From NCBI GenBank assembly GCA_905331295.1, contig CAJNYD010000548.1, positions 1-64,000 of the forward strand: a DNA stretch of 64,000 nt, written 5' to 3'. The position numbers and the translations under genes were made by a program. The first letter of the stretch is position 1. Each line of letters begins with the position of its first letter. The notes below the pieces were generated by a model, which saw nothing but the letters and a program-made list of their open reading frames with translations, had not been told where the DNA came from and did no database searches. Origin of the DNA: Rotaria socialis. Its lineage: Eukaryota. Positions 1 to 13,363 of the stretch are shown here, in pieces.

Positions 1-83
1 ATATCAAGACTTTGTCGGTTTCAACTTTTAATAGTCATTTATATCATCAATGTGAAGTATTCTTCCTTTAATATAGATATTCT

Positions 84-397
84 TACAAGAAATGTAGCAC
101 AAAACCCATACCCATGATACAAAGCACTGTAGTCATGACACAAGCGGCCCTATTCGTAGTCCAATGTATCACAGTTACCGTATCAAAATGGCCGCCTTCA
201 TGTTTCAAAATACGATAACTATCATCATGTATGCCACGACAGTGGTACATTGTACGATGACTGTGGTACTTAGTACCATGACCATGGTACTTTGTACTAT
301 GAGTATGGTCATTTGTACGAAGCGTTACGGACAGACAGACAGACACAGGTGAATTTCTGTTTCTAGACCCTCGCCTTTCAGTCTAGGGAATAACAAG
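84..397 (-). mobile_element. Helentron-associated (HINE/DINE-1-like) non-autonomous element fragment
   Basis: On the minus strand it starts TTGTTATTCC-CTAGAC...GTCTAG (stem-loop), followed by a (TGTC)n/GTCC microsatellite and degenerate ~21-bp tandem units (~230-320). Family assignment is by layout only. Confidence 0.45.
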
Positions 398-1234
398 TGC
401 ATGATCAACTACATGAGAAACTAATTTCCGAGTTTATTGTAGCAGAAAAGAATGAATTTGTGATGCATTTCGGAATATTTTAGATTCGAAATCATTGAGA
501 AATCTATTTCACTGTCATCATATAGTAAATCAGATTTTAACATTTTCTTTGACTACAAATTATGCTGTCTTCTATTCTTGATGTTCACCTTCACCGGCAG
601 CTCTTTCAGATGATAGATTCGGTTCACAACGTAAACTATCTCCTTTAATGTCACCGCTATCAATATAATTGATATTTAAATTCATTGAGTAGCGTGCTTC
701 ATCATCTGAGACATTTTTTTCTATTACTTTTGACATGTTCGAATTACTTTTTCAATATCAAGTAACGAGAAGCAAAGACCGAAATGAGTCAGAAAAATCC
801 CGACTTGACTCGAATTGGCGAGCATCGACTCAAACAGAATCTACTTACTTCTCTCTTTTATTAAGTCAATACAACCAATGTCAAAGAGAACGTATAGATG
901 AATAGAAAGAGGAAAAATACATCTGCAATTCAGATTTTCCGCTTGCTGTGATAAAAGAAAACTTATTACTGAGCCGCAATAGTGTGACCATAATGTTTTC
1001 AACTATAAAACATAGCAAACGCATTTTTGAGCCGAGTATGTTTGGAGAAAACACGAAGTCAGTAACCCTCAGCTTTTTCTACGAAAGTTAAGACTGGCCA
1101 ATTAATTGACTTTCATTCAAAATATTAACACAAAACATAAAATTAGGCATGAATTGACTTTTGCCTCAAGTATTAGTAGAACAGATCGTTCTTAATGTTG
1201 AAAATGTTGATTATACACCAAATTTTGAAGGGAA

Positions 1235-2102
1235 CCCAGTGAAAAATATTTCGAGAAAAAACGGAATAGAATGGTTTCATGCGGATATGGAAACCTATCT
1301 CCTACGTAGAGAATGCGTTCCTTGTTTGAACGAATGCGTTCAGAGTCAGAAAGGAATATTCTCGATCTGAAGGAACTCATTCTTTACCGTTCCACACTAG
1401 TATGGAATACTTTCTTTTATACTGAAAAATCGTTCCCTATTTGAAGAGAAAGCATTCTGAATCATTCTTAAACCAGTAGAATTCATTCTAGTTCATTATC
1501 TTTCGGAACGGTTAACATAACATTTCATCGAAATAAAATAGCTTCCTTTTACGTTCTCTCACGAGCCTTTAAGACAATGGATTCTCTGAAGAGATGAATG
1601 CTTTCTTTTCGAAGCAAACCACATTTTCATTCTAAAATGAAAGGTCTGAAGCAAAGCAGGTTGAAATTGATGTGAGAAATGATGGAATCTTCATTCGATT
1701 TTACTTTAGGGATATTTGGTCTGATTTAGAAAAATTATTATTTTAATAACGATTTCAGTTACAACGAATTGGAGTACGCCATTCGATAGAGCTCGTCAAG
1801 TTGCATCAGGAACAGTCTTTTGACTAATTGTAGATTCATCTATTAATGATCACCCAGGTGATCAGAAAGGTTAACCGTTTTAAAGAAGAGAAAGCGTTCC
1901 ACAAGTGGCAGAATGCGTTCTTCACTGTTCCATTTCGAAACGACCAAGAACACCTTCTTAGAATGATAGAATGCGTTCTAGTTCGTTCCATTTGAGAACG
2001 GTTTCCATTTGTTGCGGAATGTTTTCTTTTCTTAAAAAAAGAGCTTCAGTTCTTTTGGAACGCATTCTTTACCGTTCTTTTTTAGTAATATTTTTCACTG
2101 GG
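1235..2102 (+). mobile_element. ~868-bp non-autonomous DNA transposon, CMC/EnSpm-like (copy 1)
   Basis: 16-bp TIR CCCAGTGAAAAATATT / AATATTTTTCACTGGG, flanked by AA..AA (2-bp TSD), with internal GAACGCATTCT-type repeats. A near-identical inverted copy lies at 31935-32801. Confidence 0.85.
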
Positions 2103-2322
2103 AAGTCTCATGTTTGTCATAGAACTATCTCCAGATCTTTTCAAATTGTTATTTTTAAACATAAAAAGTATTTGAGTGATTCTCTTCAGAAAGTTTTGTC
2201 ATACAAGGGTAAAAGCACTCCTTTCGAGATACCTTTCTGCGTATGTTGCAAGTAATCTGTCGGCAAGATCATGCTACAAATAACTTATAACCACGATAAG
2301 AAAGACTGATATTAAATTCAAG

Positions 2323-2392
2323 CCATTAGTGTTCTGGAACTTTAATATACACTTTTACCATTAGTGTTCTGGAACTTTAATATACACTTTTA
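2323..2392. repeat. Exact 35-bp tandem duplication
   Basis: CCATTAGTGTTCTGGAACTTTAATATACACTTTTA occurs twice in a row. Confidence 0.9.
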
Positions 2393-3109
2393 CCATTCAT
2401 TATTTTGTTTTTATTAAGATATTTAAAGTTTAATTTCGTTATTAACTGCCTCACCAACTAGATCGGTTGGATCAGATAAGTCCTTTATCTTACGAGCCAC
2501 ACAGTTTATTCAAGTTTTCTCAAAAATTAAATTGGTAAGCTTTTCTGTAGTCTTGGACAATCGATCGTTCGATTCCCGCTTTAGGTTAAAGATATGTTTC
2601 TCGGGTGAAGCAAGCACGACGTGCATGAGGCTATCAAATTTAGAAACCGTCGGAGAAGATAGCATGTATCCATCTGGAGTAAATGAGTAGGTGACAGGTG
2701 AAGATGATATCGAACGTCCATCGTGGGAGCTTGCGATTTTATTCGAGCCGAAAATATTTCAGATTACCAACAGCCCAAGAGTCGAAATGAGTCGAAGAGA
2801 AAAAATACAAATTGCTATTCTCTTCATTTTCAAGTGTATATATCAATTAAAACATAATGTCAACCTTTTACACGTGTCAAATGAGAAAAACGTTATTTCG
2901 GATATCTAAGGAGTTAAGCCTTCGAAGTTTGAATCGATTGGACTCAACTCGAATGGAGGTCTGACTCGACTCCACATGTAGCCCGTCTTTAGAAACAATG
3001 TACATTGCAATACATGAACATGCCAATGCATTATCATGTAATTTCATTCATTATTTCTTTTAATACATTTCACTGCATTTTAAATTTTCATTTATTATAT
3101 TACCATGAC

Positions 3110-3370
3110 TGGATCCTCAAATATATACCCTTATCGCTATAATCATATACTTCTCTACCTATACTAACATAGCTATATCGGCATGTTTATATTTTTATAC
3201 TTGCATCTATACCTATCCGCTTCACCCTATGCCCTTAGCCCTATATCCTCAACCCTATCCTCCAATATCCACACATTTATGCCTAAGCCTAAACCAATAC
3301 CCTTACCACTATAATCTTATACATATACCCCTATATCTATACCCTTATACTTATACCCACATCCCGAAAC
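3110..3370. repeat. Degenerate low-complexity tandem repeat (ATACCCT-type)
   Basis: Recurrent atatacccttat / cctatatcc / atacccttatac units. Confidence 0.55.
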
Positions 3371-4364
3371 TTATGCTCTTGCGAAGGAACATTTCATGGT
3401 AAACCGCATCTGCTGCCTCTATATTTTACTCAAATATAGGAACCACTAGACTAGCGAAACCTCCAAAGAATTCCTGCTGTTGTTTAGATTTGACCGAGAC
3501 AGCGACTTTTAGTTGATGCCCTCGTTAGAATTCAGGTTCAGAAAAGAACCATATTGCTGGATTTTGATCAAAAACTTGGTACACATGAGTATCTCAATTA
3601 TACTATCTCATTTATAAAGTTTCATTAGGTTAGGATATTGTGTTGTGAAAAGATGAATTTGTTAAAATATATACACTTTTCTTTAAGTGCTGTGTAAAAT
3701 ACAGTAGTCGATGATTTATGACAATACGTCTGGGTCACTAAAAAATCGACGATTAATCGCGATATATCTGAATTACTCAAAAAGTCGATGATCAATCGCA
3801 ACTAATCATTAACTTTTCTGCAAATCGCGATAAATCCTCAAAACTTTTGCGATTTTGACGAAATGGGTAAGATATGGTAAAAGCAGATGCAATCGAACAA
3901 AAAGTCGTAGTCTCATAAATCTTATGTTAATACTTATTATGACATTCTTGAAAGATCTTACCATTATCTAATGTTTCCTATAATTTTACATTTATATCTA
4001 ACAAGACATCAAGACATTTCAAGAATCGTAGAATATCAATTATGGTCAGATTTTTAGACTAAGATTTTCGTTTGAGTTTTCGTCGCATCTTACAATACCA
4101 AATCATATTAGAGAAAGAATCTTATCAGAGCTTATTATCTGATTATTTGACCTAGATATTATTATCTTTAAATATCTTTGAATCTTACTAATCGAAGATA
4201 AATGGTTTTCTCGAAATTCAAACAACGAAAACCTGTAGTTTTCCTTCTTTTTTAGAATTGCTCGTGTTTACAGTCTATAGAGTTGTCAGTGAACCAAACT
4301 CACTCAACTGTAGTCAGATTAACATTCCTATATAAATTATTGGAAATAGATTGCTTATATTAGA

Positions 4365-7300
4365 ATGGACTACAGCTCGATTGTCTTTCGCGAGTTCACG
4401 CACGAATCACTTCAACGTATTGAGTGTTATCGACAAGAAGAAGCTGAACGTATTACTTCTGAACGATCAGAGGAAACACTATGCAAAAACAACATTAATG
4501 ACCATCACCTTATAAATAAATCATCAAAAGATCCAGCAAATGCTTCTAAACGAAAGCCTAATAAAGAATTGGCCACTGGAGAAACATTACCATTAATTTT
4601 ACAATATAAATTTCCTCCTAAACTTATTGGAAAACCTATTGAAGAAATTGATCAGTATTATCGTGTTGAATATGTATGTAGCATCATCAATAATTTAATC
4701 GTACTATAAACAAAAAATTATTTTGTTTTCTTCTTAATCGTAGGGATTTATGGTTATTAGTGCAAATAACACAATATATCGATTTAGTTCAACACGCGCT
4801 TGTTATTTATTTTCTCCATTTAATTGCTTTCGGCGCATAGCTATACGTATATTAACACATTCACTTTTTCTTACATTGGTTATGATTACTATTTTAACTA
4901 ATTGTGTATTTATGACACTTAAAAATGCACCAGAAGTGAATGAGTAGGTACTGTTTTTTTTAGATTCTTCTTTGTAATATTATGTTCTTTTCTGCAATTC
5001 GAAACAAATAGATATATTTTTACAGCAATTTACACAGTTGAAGCTTTAATAAAATGTGTTGCAAGAGGATTCATTCTAGAAAAACATACATTTTTACGTG
5101 ATCCATGGAATTGGTTGGATTTCATAGTAATTGTGCTTGCGTATGTATTTTCAAAGAAAAATGATTTAAATTTATTTCTCGATTATCTTTAGATATATAA
5201 CATTTTTTGTCCATCTGGGAAACGTTGCAGTATTACGAACTTTCCGTGTATTAAGAGCATTAAAAACTGTTGCCATTGTACCTGGTATATTTTTTAATAT
5301 TTATAGATAATGAATTAATTGATTGACTTTAGGGTTAAAAACTATTGTTAATGCTTTGATACAATCTTTTATTGCTCTACGAGATGTGTCAGTTTTATCG
5401 ATTTTTATTCTTTCTATATTTGCTTTGGTTTGAGACTTAAAAAGAAAAATATATTGTGTAAATTGTTATTTTTTATTATAGGTTGGATTACAACTTTATA
5501 TGGGTACTCTCCGACAAAAATGTGTACCGAGTTATGACTCGTTTGTAAATAATACAAACTCGTACAGTGAAGGATTTAATATGTCATTTGAATCCTATTT
5601 GACAAAAATTGATAATGAAAGTATGTTGAGAAATTGTTTTCTTTAAGATTAGCCAAACAGATTTCCGATTAATTTATTGATAAAAGAAAATTTTGAGATC
5701 GAAACTGGTCAGCTGATTATCCTGTATTAGTTTGGACAGTGAAGACTGAATTGATGAGAGTAAATCAGGATCGAAATCGGTACTCGTAAGGGAATTTATT
5801 ATAAATTTGAATCATGTCTATAGCTTCTATTTTCTAATGAGGAAATCATTTCATGGAATAAATCATGATGAGCTGGAACTAGGTTTTTGAAACGATAGAT
5901 AAGACTTTTTTAATCTTGTATTAATGAGACATTTGTTCATGAATGACCAATGTAATGAAACTTACATTCATTTATATTTGATTGTCATTGTATCCATTCA
6001 AAACCAAAACAAGAAAATCTATAATTAAAGTCATGGATTTCTAGGTCCATTAAAAAAATATATGATGTTGATACTGTTATATGGGGATCATAAGGTTTGA
6101 AGAATTCACGTGCCATTAAATACATCATACGGATATGTGAAAAAAAATTTAAAAAGCTAAGTCTGAACAGAAATACAGTTGTCATTGATTACTTAGTACA
6201 CATTTCGGTATAAACACAGACATTGTTGATGAATAAAAGAGCTGGATGAGCTTCAATCACAATTTTTGAATGACTCTGACATGACTTGAACTTAAAAATT
6301 GGGTAATAGCGATTCGAATCATATTCGTGTCATTGATTCGATAAAAGTTTTACATGTTCTCGTGAAACACGATCTAAAAGGAGTATTAAAGTATGAGGGT
6401 AGAAAATTGTATTCAGTTCCCAGCCCCCCTTACAGACCGTGGCAAACATTCTTTAGGAATCAGCTTGATCGAACTTCACATTTGTAAACCCGCATGGATC
6501 ACCCTAGCAGCTTTTCTTAAAAGAATCATAAATTATAAGTAGCTAGATAATCTATTGTTTTAAGCAAATCATCATAAAAATCAAAAAAAATCAAGAGGGA
6601 TGATCCTAACTGTCGCGAAAATAATTTCAATAATGAGTGTTGCAGAATTTCTTTTAAATGTGCTACGAATAAATTCTGAAGTAGTTGTCTCTAAATTGAA
6701 ATTTGCACCAGAAAAAATTAGTCTTTCACATGTTCTTACCATTCTTGATGCTAAAATCCGCATAAAATCCTTGCAGCTTAAGAGAAGAAGTCCAAGAATG
6801 CTAACCATTATAAGACTTGCCATAGCGCATTGGGACCTCTCTCTTATAAAGAGTTCGAACTGAAAACAATATTTTCCTTGAAGTAGTTCCCTCGTTAGAC
6901 GGTAGTTCAAATTATCGTTTCAATAAATTGGCCTATTAACTGTAAGGTTTATGAATGAGTGAATGGAAAGTCAAATATGTCTAGCTTTAGTTTGAGATCT
7001 AAAAGTTATCTTCAAGTTTAAAAGAATAAGAAAAGCAATTAGATTTACAAAACGAAAATAGTGCACACTGTGTATTATTGCGTCTTTTTCTCAAAAACCT
7101 TTCTGCTATAGTCAAAAGTTTAGAAATGCCCCTGTTTTTGAGGCACATTCAATTATGTTGTCGTGAAATTTCCTACCTATATACTGGATACTTTTGCAAT
7201 TTATATTTTCTTCTGATTCTTATTTGCTCTTACACAAAAATATGTGTTAAAAAAGCGTACAGTTTTTACCCTACCTTGGATATTTTGTTCTTTTGTTTGA

Positions 7301-10300
7301 AAAAAGAAAAAGCAGAGAGAGGCTTACACTGTAAAACAGATTTCAACTCGACCAAAGGCAGTATATTGATGAAGCAAGGGCATAAATAGGATGTACTGCG
7401 ATGTCAATACCGTATACGAGGCAGCATCTGGGAAGTTTGGATCTACGATAAATTTTTATTTATCCATGATGATCTGTCTGTCATCAACATTTCAAAATTA
7501 TCTGATATATTGTTCTTCCGAAACCATCTGAAAAGGTGAAGAGTAGGAGTTGGAAGGCAACATACAATAACCGTATATATATATAATCTTGACATTTAGT
7601 TTTGTATGTTTCTTTTTATAGTTTATTGGTATAAAGAAAATGGAGATTATCTCCTTTGTGGCAATGCAAGTGGAACCGTAAGATGTCCTGCTGGTTATAT
7701 TTGTTGGAAAGATCGAGGCATGAAGTAAGTTTTCATTGTGAATCATTAATTTAATAAATTTTTGCTGTTTTTAGCCCTAATTTTGGATATACTAGGTAGA
7801 TTTTATTCAATTTCATTCTCATGTACATTTCTCTTGATATAGTTTTGATAATTATGGTTGGGCTATGCTTTCATGCTTTCGATTAATGACACAAGATTAT
7901 TGGGAAAATCTTTATCAATTGGTAAAAAACCTAAGAATTCAATAAATTATTATTATAATATTTGAATCTAGGTATTGTCAACAGCTGGTCGTTATCATGC
8001 TGTATTTTTTGTTGTTGTCATTTTCTTTGGGTCATTTTATTTGGTTAATTTAATACTAGCCACTGTTTCCATGTCCTATCTTAAAGAACAAATACTAGTT
8101 GAAGCTGAAAATAAAGAGCGTGAGCGACGTAGAAAGGATGATGAACTGGAAATACAAAAGGAAGAAGAAGGAAAAGTATTAGAAGCTCATGCACTTTTGC
8201 ATGTTGATAATGAACAATATGTTGAAAATAGACGAAGTTTTGAAGATTCAAATCACACAAATTTACATCCTGATTTCCCTATTGAACTTGAACAAAATGG
8301 AAAAGTAAATAATTAAAAACTATTTTTAAAATAAAAACAGAACTTTCAGAAAAAGAAACTAAGTCACAAACAATCATTTCAAGCATCACCATCACCATTT
8401 CAATGTGATAAATTAATAGCTGGTGCCACAACAATACCATTCTTTCGTGAAACACAAAATAATTCAACAGATGAAGATAGAAAAAGCGAACTAGTAGTTA
8501 GTTGTTCTGATCTAGCAGATCTCGGGCAAAATGATAATCGATTGACTATTACAGTAAAGTGAAAATACTTTTAAATTTAAATTTTAAATTTATCTTAAAG
8601 CTCTATCAAGCCGAACCTCATGTCCAACATGTTCAAACTACTGAAATATTATCTGCTCAGGAATCGAATAGAACAAGTTTTCTACCAAAAAGTGAGTATT
8701 TTTGTAATGTATCCTATAAAATTTGCATTGATTAACTTTTCCATGCCTTCTTTATAAAGGTTTTCCTTTTTTTTCTTTCCTTTTGAATCCCTATTCTTTA
8801 AGTCAACATAAAAATACATATTATTTCAATGATATCATGTTCATGCATGTTTATGGTTTTGCATGTGCTTGTTTTCGATTGATTATCGATGAGAGTGAAA
8901 CATATTTTACAAAGTCGATCGTTGTAATGATGATCAAGACTGTTGATTTGTTGAATATGATTTGCAATCATCTATGCATGAACATTAACAGCAATTACAG
9001 TATTTTTATAAAAGGCATATGAGCATCATCATTTCAGATACAGCTGCAACGAATACAAGTGGAGTGTTTATCAGACTTGTACGAATTTATTGTTGTGAAT
9101 GGAGCTGTAAACTGGCAATATTTCAAAAGATTCAAGTACGTTCTATTAAATTATAATGTATTGATTGCTTATGCATCATAATATCATCACAACAGATGTT
9201 TAGACCTTATTGTCGCTATAATCCAAAATTAAGTGTATATTTAAAAGTTGAGGATTTGAAGTTGTTTTGGTGTAACAAGGTCATTACACCAAATTCACTA
9301 AAATTCCTCAACTTTAAAATGTACGTTCCACGTTGGGGACAATGGTTTCATATCTCTTAATCGATAGATATTTCGTATTTAAACAGATTTATCGCTCGCT
9401 TTAATGGGAATATGACATAACTTCAACATTCAGAAACTAGGTTTCTTGATACTTCTGAGTAGGAGTGAGGCATTGATTCCACAAAGAATAGAGTATTTTC
9501 GAAGAAATAAGTCTAGATTTTCAGTTGTTTCCAAGAAATTCATTGTTTATTACGGTCTGCATGATGCACATTGTCTCCATTTAAAAACCGATTCGTTAAT
9601 TGAGAGAACTTCTCTGGTTAGACAATTTCTCAACACTAAATTTGAAGTATGATACTGCAATAATATATGTGAAACACTGACCAGCATTACATATTGGTTT
9701 CAAGGATGGGGAAAATAGGGTCTTAAGATACCTTACATGACTCTCTAGAAAAATCGATTCACGATTCTTCAAAATATTGTCCTTCAACAATATAGATATT
9801 TTCAATAGCAATACTGACAATGTTGAAGGCAATGAATACTCGAGAGGTCTCATTGTGGATGCTTTATGTTTTTGTCGGCCCGGTCACAATATACTTATTT
9901 AAAATTGAAGTTTCTCATTTTATTATCGTTCGCAAGATATTAGATATTTAACGAATTTTTTCTAAGTAGTTGATGAAGGTGATTTATAAGCATAAATACT
10001 TTCTATTCACAGCTAAGTCATAAAATAACCATGCGTCTTTTTACAGGCCGCCGTTGCTTTTATTGTACTGGATGCATTTATGGATTTATTTATTACAATA
10101 TGTATTATATTAAATACATTATTCTTGGCACTTGACCATCATGGCCAGAGTGAAACAATGACACTAATTTTAACAACAGGCAATTATGTTTTTACAGCTG
10201 TATTTGCGGTTGAAGCTACACTTAAAATAATTGCACTGACACCATCTAAATATTTAAAAAATGGATGGAATGTATTTGATTTATTAATTGTTACAGTCAG

Positions 10301-12599
10301 TCTTATTGAATTATGTTTTGCTCACGTAAAAGGTTTAAGTGTTTTACGTTCGTTTCGATTAGTAAGTAATTATAATAGAACTCTTATCTTATCTTATCTT
10401 ATATTCTGTTAAGTTGCGTATATTTAAATTGGCTAAATCTTGGTCAACATTGAATCGTCTTATATCCATTGTTGGTAAATCAATAGGAGCTTTAGCAAAT
10501 TTAACGTTGGTTCTCATTATTATAATATTTATTTTTGCTGTCGTGGGAATGCAGGTAATGCGAATGATATTTCGAATGAGTTTATCCTTAATTTTTTTAT
10601 AGTTATTTGGTCAAAAATATGGAGAAAATTTTGGCAAAGATATGCCAAGATGGAACTTTTTTGACTTTTTTCATTCATTTATGTAAGCTTATTTAATAAG
10701 TTTCAGTAGAGACAAGAATGACTTTTAATTTTAATTTTAAAGGATCGTATTTCGTGTCTTATGTGGTGAATGGATCGAATCAATGTGGGTGTGTCTTGAA
10801 TGTGCTGGATGGCCCTGTGTTCCATTTTTTTTGCTTACATTTTTCCTTGGTAATCTTGTGGTACGTAATATATGACTGAAGAAATTTCTTTTTAATGAGT
10901 AAGAATTTCGCAAACTTTTCTTCTTTTGTGAGACATGATCTCATTGTAAAAAAATAGGTACTTTACGGAACCTCGAAAAAAGGTTCGGTACACGACAAAA
11001 AGCTTGCAAATGTGTTCAAAGTTTCAAAAAAAAAGAATGAAAAATTGAACGGAACCTTTAAAGGATCTTACCGTGTACCCAAGTGAAGATCCTTTTTTCT
11101 TCGAAACCTTTTTAAGTTCCTTACTTGAGAGTGTGGGTGTGGATGAATAGACATCACACCCACCCACACCCACACCCACACCCTCAAGACAAGTCATGCT
11201 ACGCGTTTTCTGTCATGTTTTTCTCACCTGGATTGAATTATAGAAAGAGTTCTTAATAAAAACCATTTCTATGAATTTCCTATATTAATAGATATTAAAT
11301 TTATTTTTGGCACTTTTACTGGCTTCATTTGATTCAAATGTTTTAACTGAAAAAGAGGATGAAGACGATAAAATTGGTGAAGCAATTGATCGTATCCAAC
11401 GATTTTTTCATTTGTTAATTGAAAATCTTGTTTACTTTTTTCGTGGAAAAAAACAACGGCAAAAAGATGCTGATGTCGAAAATAAGAATAATGAAAATGT
11501 AACATATAATCAATTTTTAAAATCATTTATTTATTATTCGCTTTGATTTCATTTTCGTTCTTTAGCCACTTTCTACTGCAGAAGAACTAGTTAATAATAT
11601 TCCTTCAGCAAACTTTAATCAATCAGAAGACATTAACTTCGCAGTACCTTTAATTCATGATTTGTCAACAACACATGAAGGCACTGAAGAGCAACCAATC
11701 CATGATGAAACTATAGAATTTCATCCAACACAGAGTATTCTTTATACGCCACCATCTTGCTGCCCTAAAATGATATTGAAGCATTTTTGTTGCTGTGCTA
11801 AATGTATTCCACAAGGTATTCACGAGCGATGGACAACTATTCGTAGACATTCCTTTAGCTTAGTTGAACATCGGTATTTCGAATGGTTTATTATTGTTAG
11901 TATAGTAGGTAGCAGTATAACTTTAGTAAGTTTATTATAGATAAAACAAAATTCCGAAAACAATTCGTCTTATTTTGACAAAAGGCTTTAGAAGATGTTC
12001 ACACTCGACAACAGCCAACATTTTCTGAAGTTTTAGAGATATTCGACAAGATTTTTACGATTATTTTTACACTGGAATTAATATTGAAATGGTTTGCATA
12101 TGGAATTAAAAATTATTTTACAGATGGTTGGAATATATTAGATTTTGTTATTGTTGTTGTTAGCGTTCTTGGAACTGGTCTTCATTTGTTTGGTGTAGCT
12201 GATATTCCGGCATTTAAATCAATGAGAACATTAAGAGCTTTACGTCCATTAAAGGCATTATCAAAATTTGCAGGAATTCGAGTATGAAAATAATTGTGTG
12301 AAATAATAAATTGTTTTGTATTCAAATAGATTGTTGTCAATGCATTATTTGGTGCCATACCATCGATTTCTAATGTTTTACTTGTTTGTCTTGTATTTTG
12401 GTTAATATTTTCGATTATGGGTGTACAATTATTTGCTGGAAAATTTTATAAATGTGTTTATGTTGGTACACATGATCGTGTTGCAGCATCAGAAAATGTA
12501 ACGAATAAAACTGATTGCTTAAATAAAAATTTTACATGGGAAAACTCACGCCTAAATTTTGACAACGTTCTTAATGGTTACTTAGCATTATTTCAAATT
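4365..12599 (+). CDS. Voltage-gated sodium channel alpha subunit, multi-exon, 3'-incomplete (N-terminus to DIII pore helix)
   Basis: N-terminal [16 protein letters not shown]4 [18 protein letters not shown] and pore [14 protein letters not shown]4 [16 protein letters not shown] and pore [13 protein letters not shown]4 [17 protein letters not shown], then [15 protein letters not shown] followed by a GT donor at 12600. About 20 exons splice in frame, including a 21-nt micro-exon (7775-7795). No DIII filter, DIV or C-terminal exons were found. Confidence 0.95.
5677..5785 (+). ncRNA. Tandem pair of decayed minimal type I hammerhead-ribozyme-like motifs (Penelope-like element type)
   Basis: TTGATAA-AAG...GATC-GAAA-CTGG-TC (5677-5710) and TTGATGA-GAG...GATC-GAAA-TCGG-TA (5751-5782). 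Each is a few transitions away from CTGATGA..GAAA-CCGG-TH. Confidence 0.4.
11124..11188. repeat. Inverted TGTGGG/CCCACA telomere-like repeat hairpin (intronic)
   Basis: CTTGAGAGTGTGGGTGTGG ... (CCCACA)3 CCCTCAAG. Confidence 0.7.
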
Positions 12600-13073
12600 G
12601 TAAGTTACTAAATTCTATTTAAAATAACAGAATAGATTAATAGAGTTATCGATTTATGAGACCGGATATAAACAGAATAAGCAATTTTTAAGCCAACCGT
12701 GGTTTTTTAAACTCTGTTATATATACGTATACAGTTGTTTAATATTTTGAAAAGTGACTAGCCAATTATAATCATTTCTTCAATGCTTGTTGGAACACAA
12801 GATCGAAATAATGAATCGCATTTTAACATTTAGTTTTCCAATATCACGATGATTACTAATGCCAATTTAAAAGTACATAAAGTGTAGTCGTCTCAGGAAT
12901 AAACCGTGAAAAGAACTTTCAATATTGGTATCATCGCTCTCAGCAGATGGAATTTGAACGAAATTTTATCTTAAAAAATTTTGTTGAAACATAAAATGAA
13001 ACATTTTTCCTTTGTATTGGCAGCTTTTTTGTGGAATATGATCGAAAAAGAGTATTGCATTATACAGGCAACA

Positions 13074-13363
13074 GTTGGAATTCCTGAATTTCGCCAATAA
13101 GACTTTCGCCAATTGGCGAGTCTCATGTGTATTCAAATTTGTAACATGAAGATTAATAGACAGCACCGAGATATATACTAGTACCCATCCTCCTTGCTCA
13201 TATCCAACATTTATGTTCTTCTGTGACAAATGGTAAAAATTCATCGAACTCTTCTCAATTAGTGAGAGTCCACTGTACTTTCAGCAATGCACTACCGAAC
13301 TTTCGCCATTGGTGAATATCCAGTTGGCCAAAGTCTTATTGGTGAAATTCGGGTAAGCCCAAC
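13074..13363. mobile_element. ~290-bp MITE with ~43-bp imperfect TIRs
   Basis: Left GTTGGAATTCCTGAATTTCGCCAATAAGACTTTCGCCAATTGG versus right CCAGTTGGCCAAAGTCTTATTGGTGAAATTCGGGTAAGCCCAAC. Confidence 0.75.

Noticed and set aside
83..352. His-rich / Met-Thr-Val-rich short ORFs, or a CRISPR-like array
   Set aside because: Degenerate 21-bp tandem units without unique spacers, inside a repeat element.
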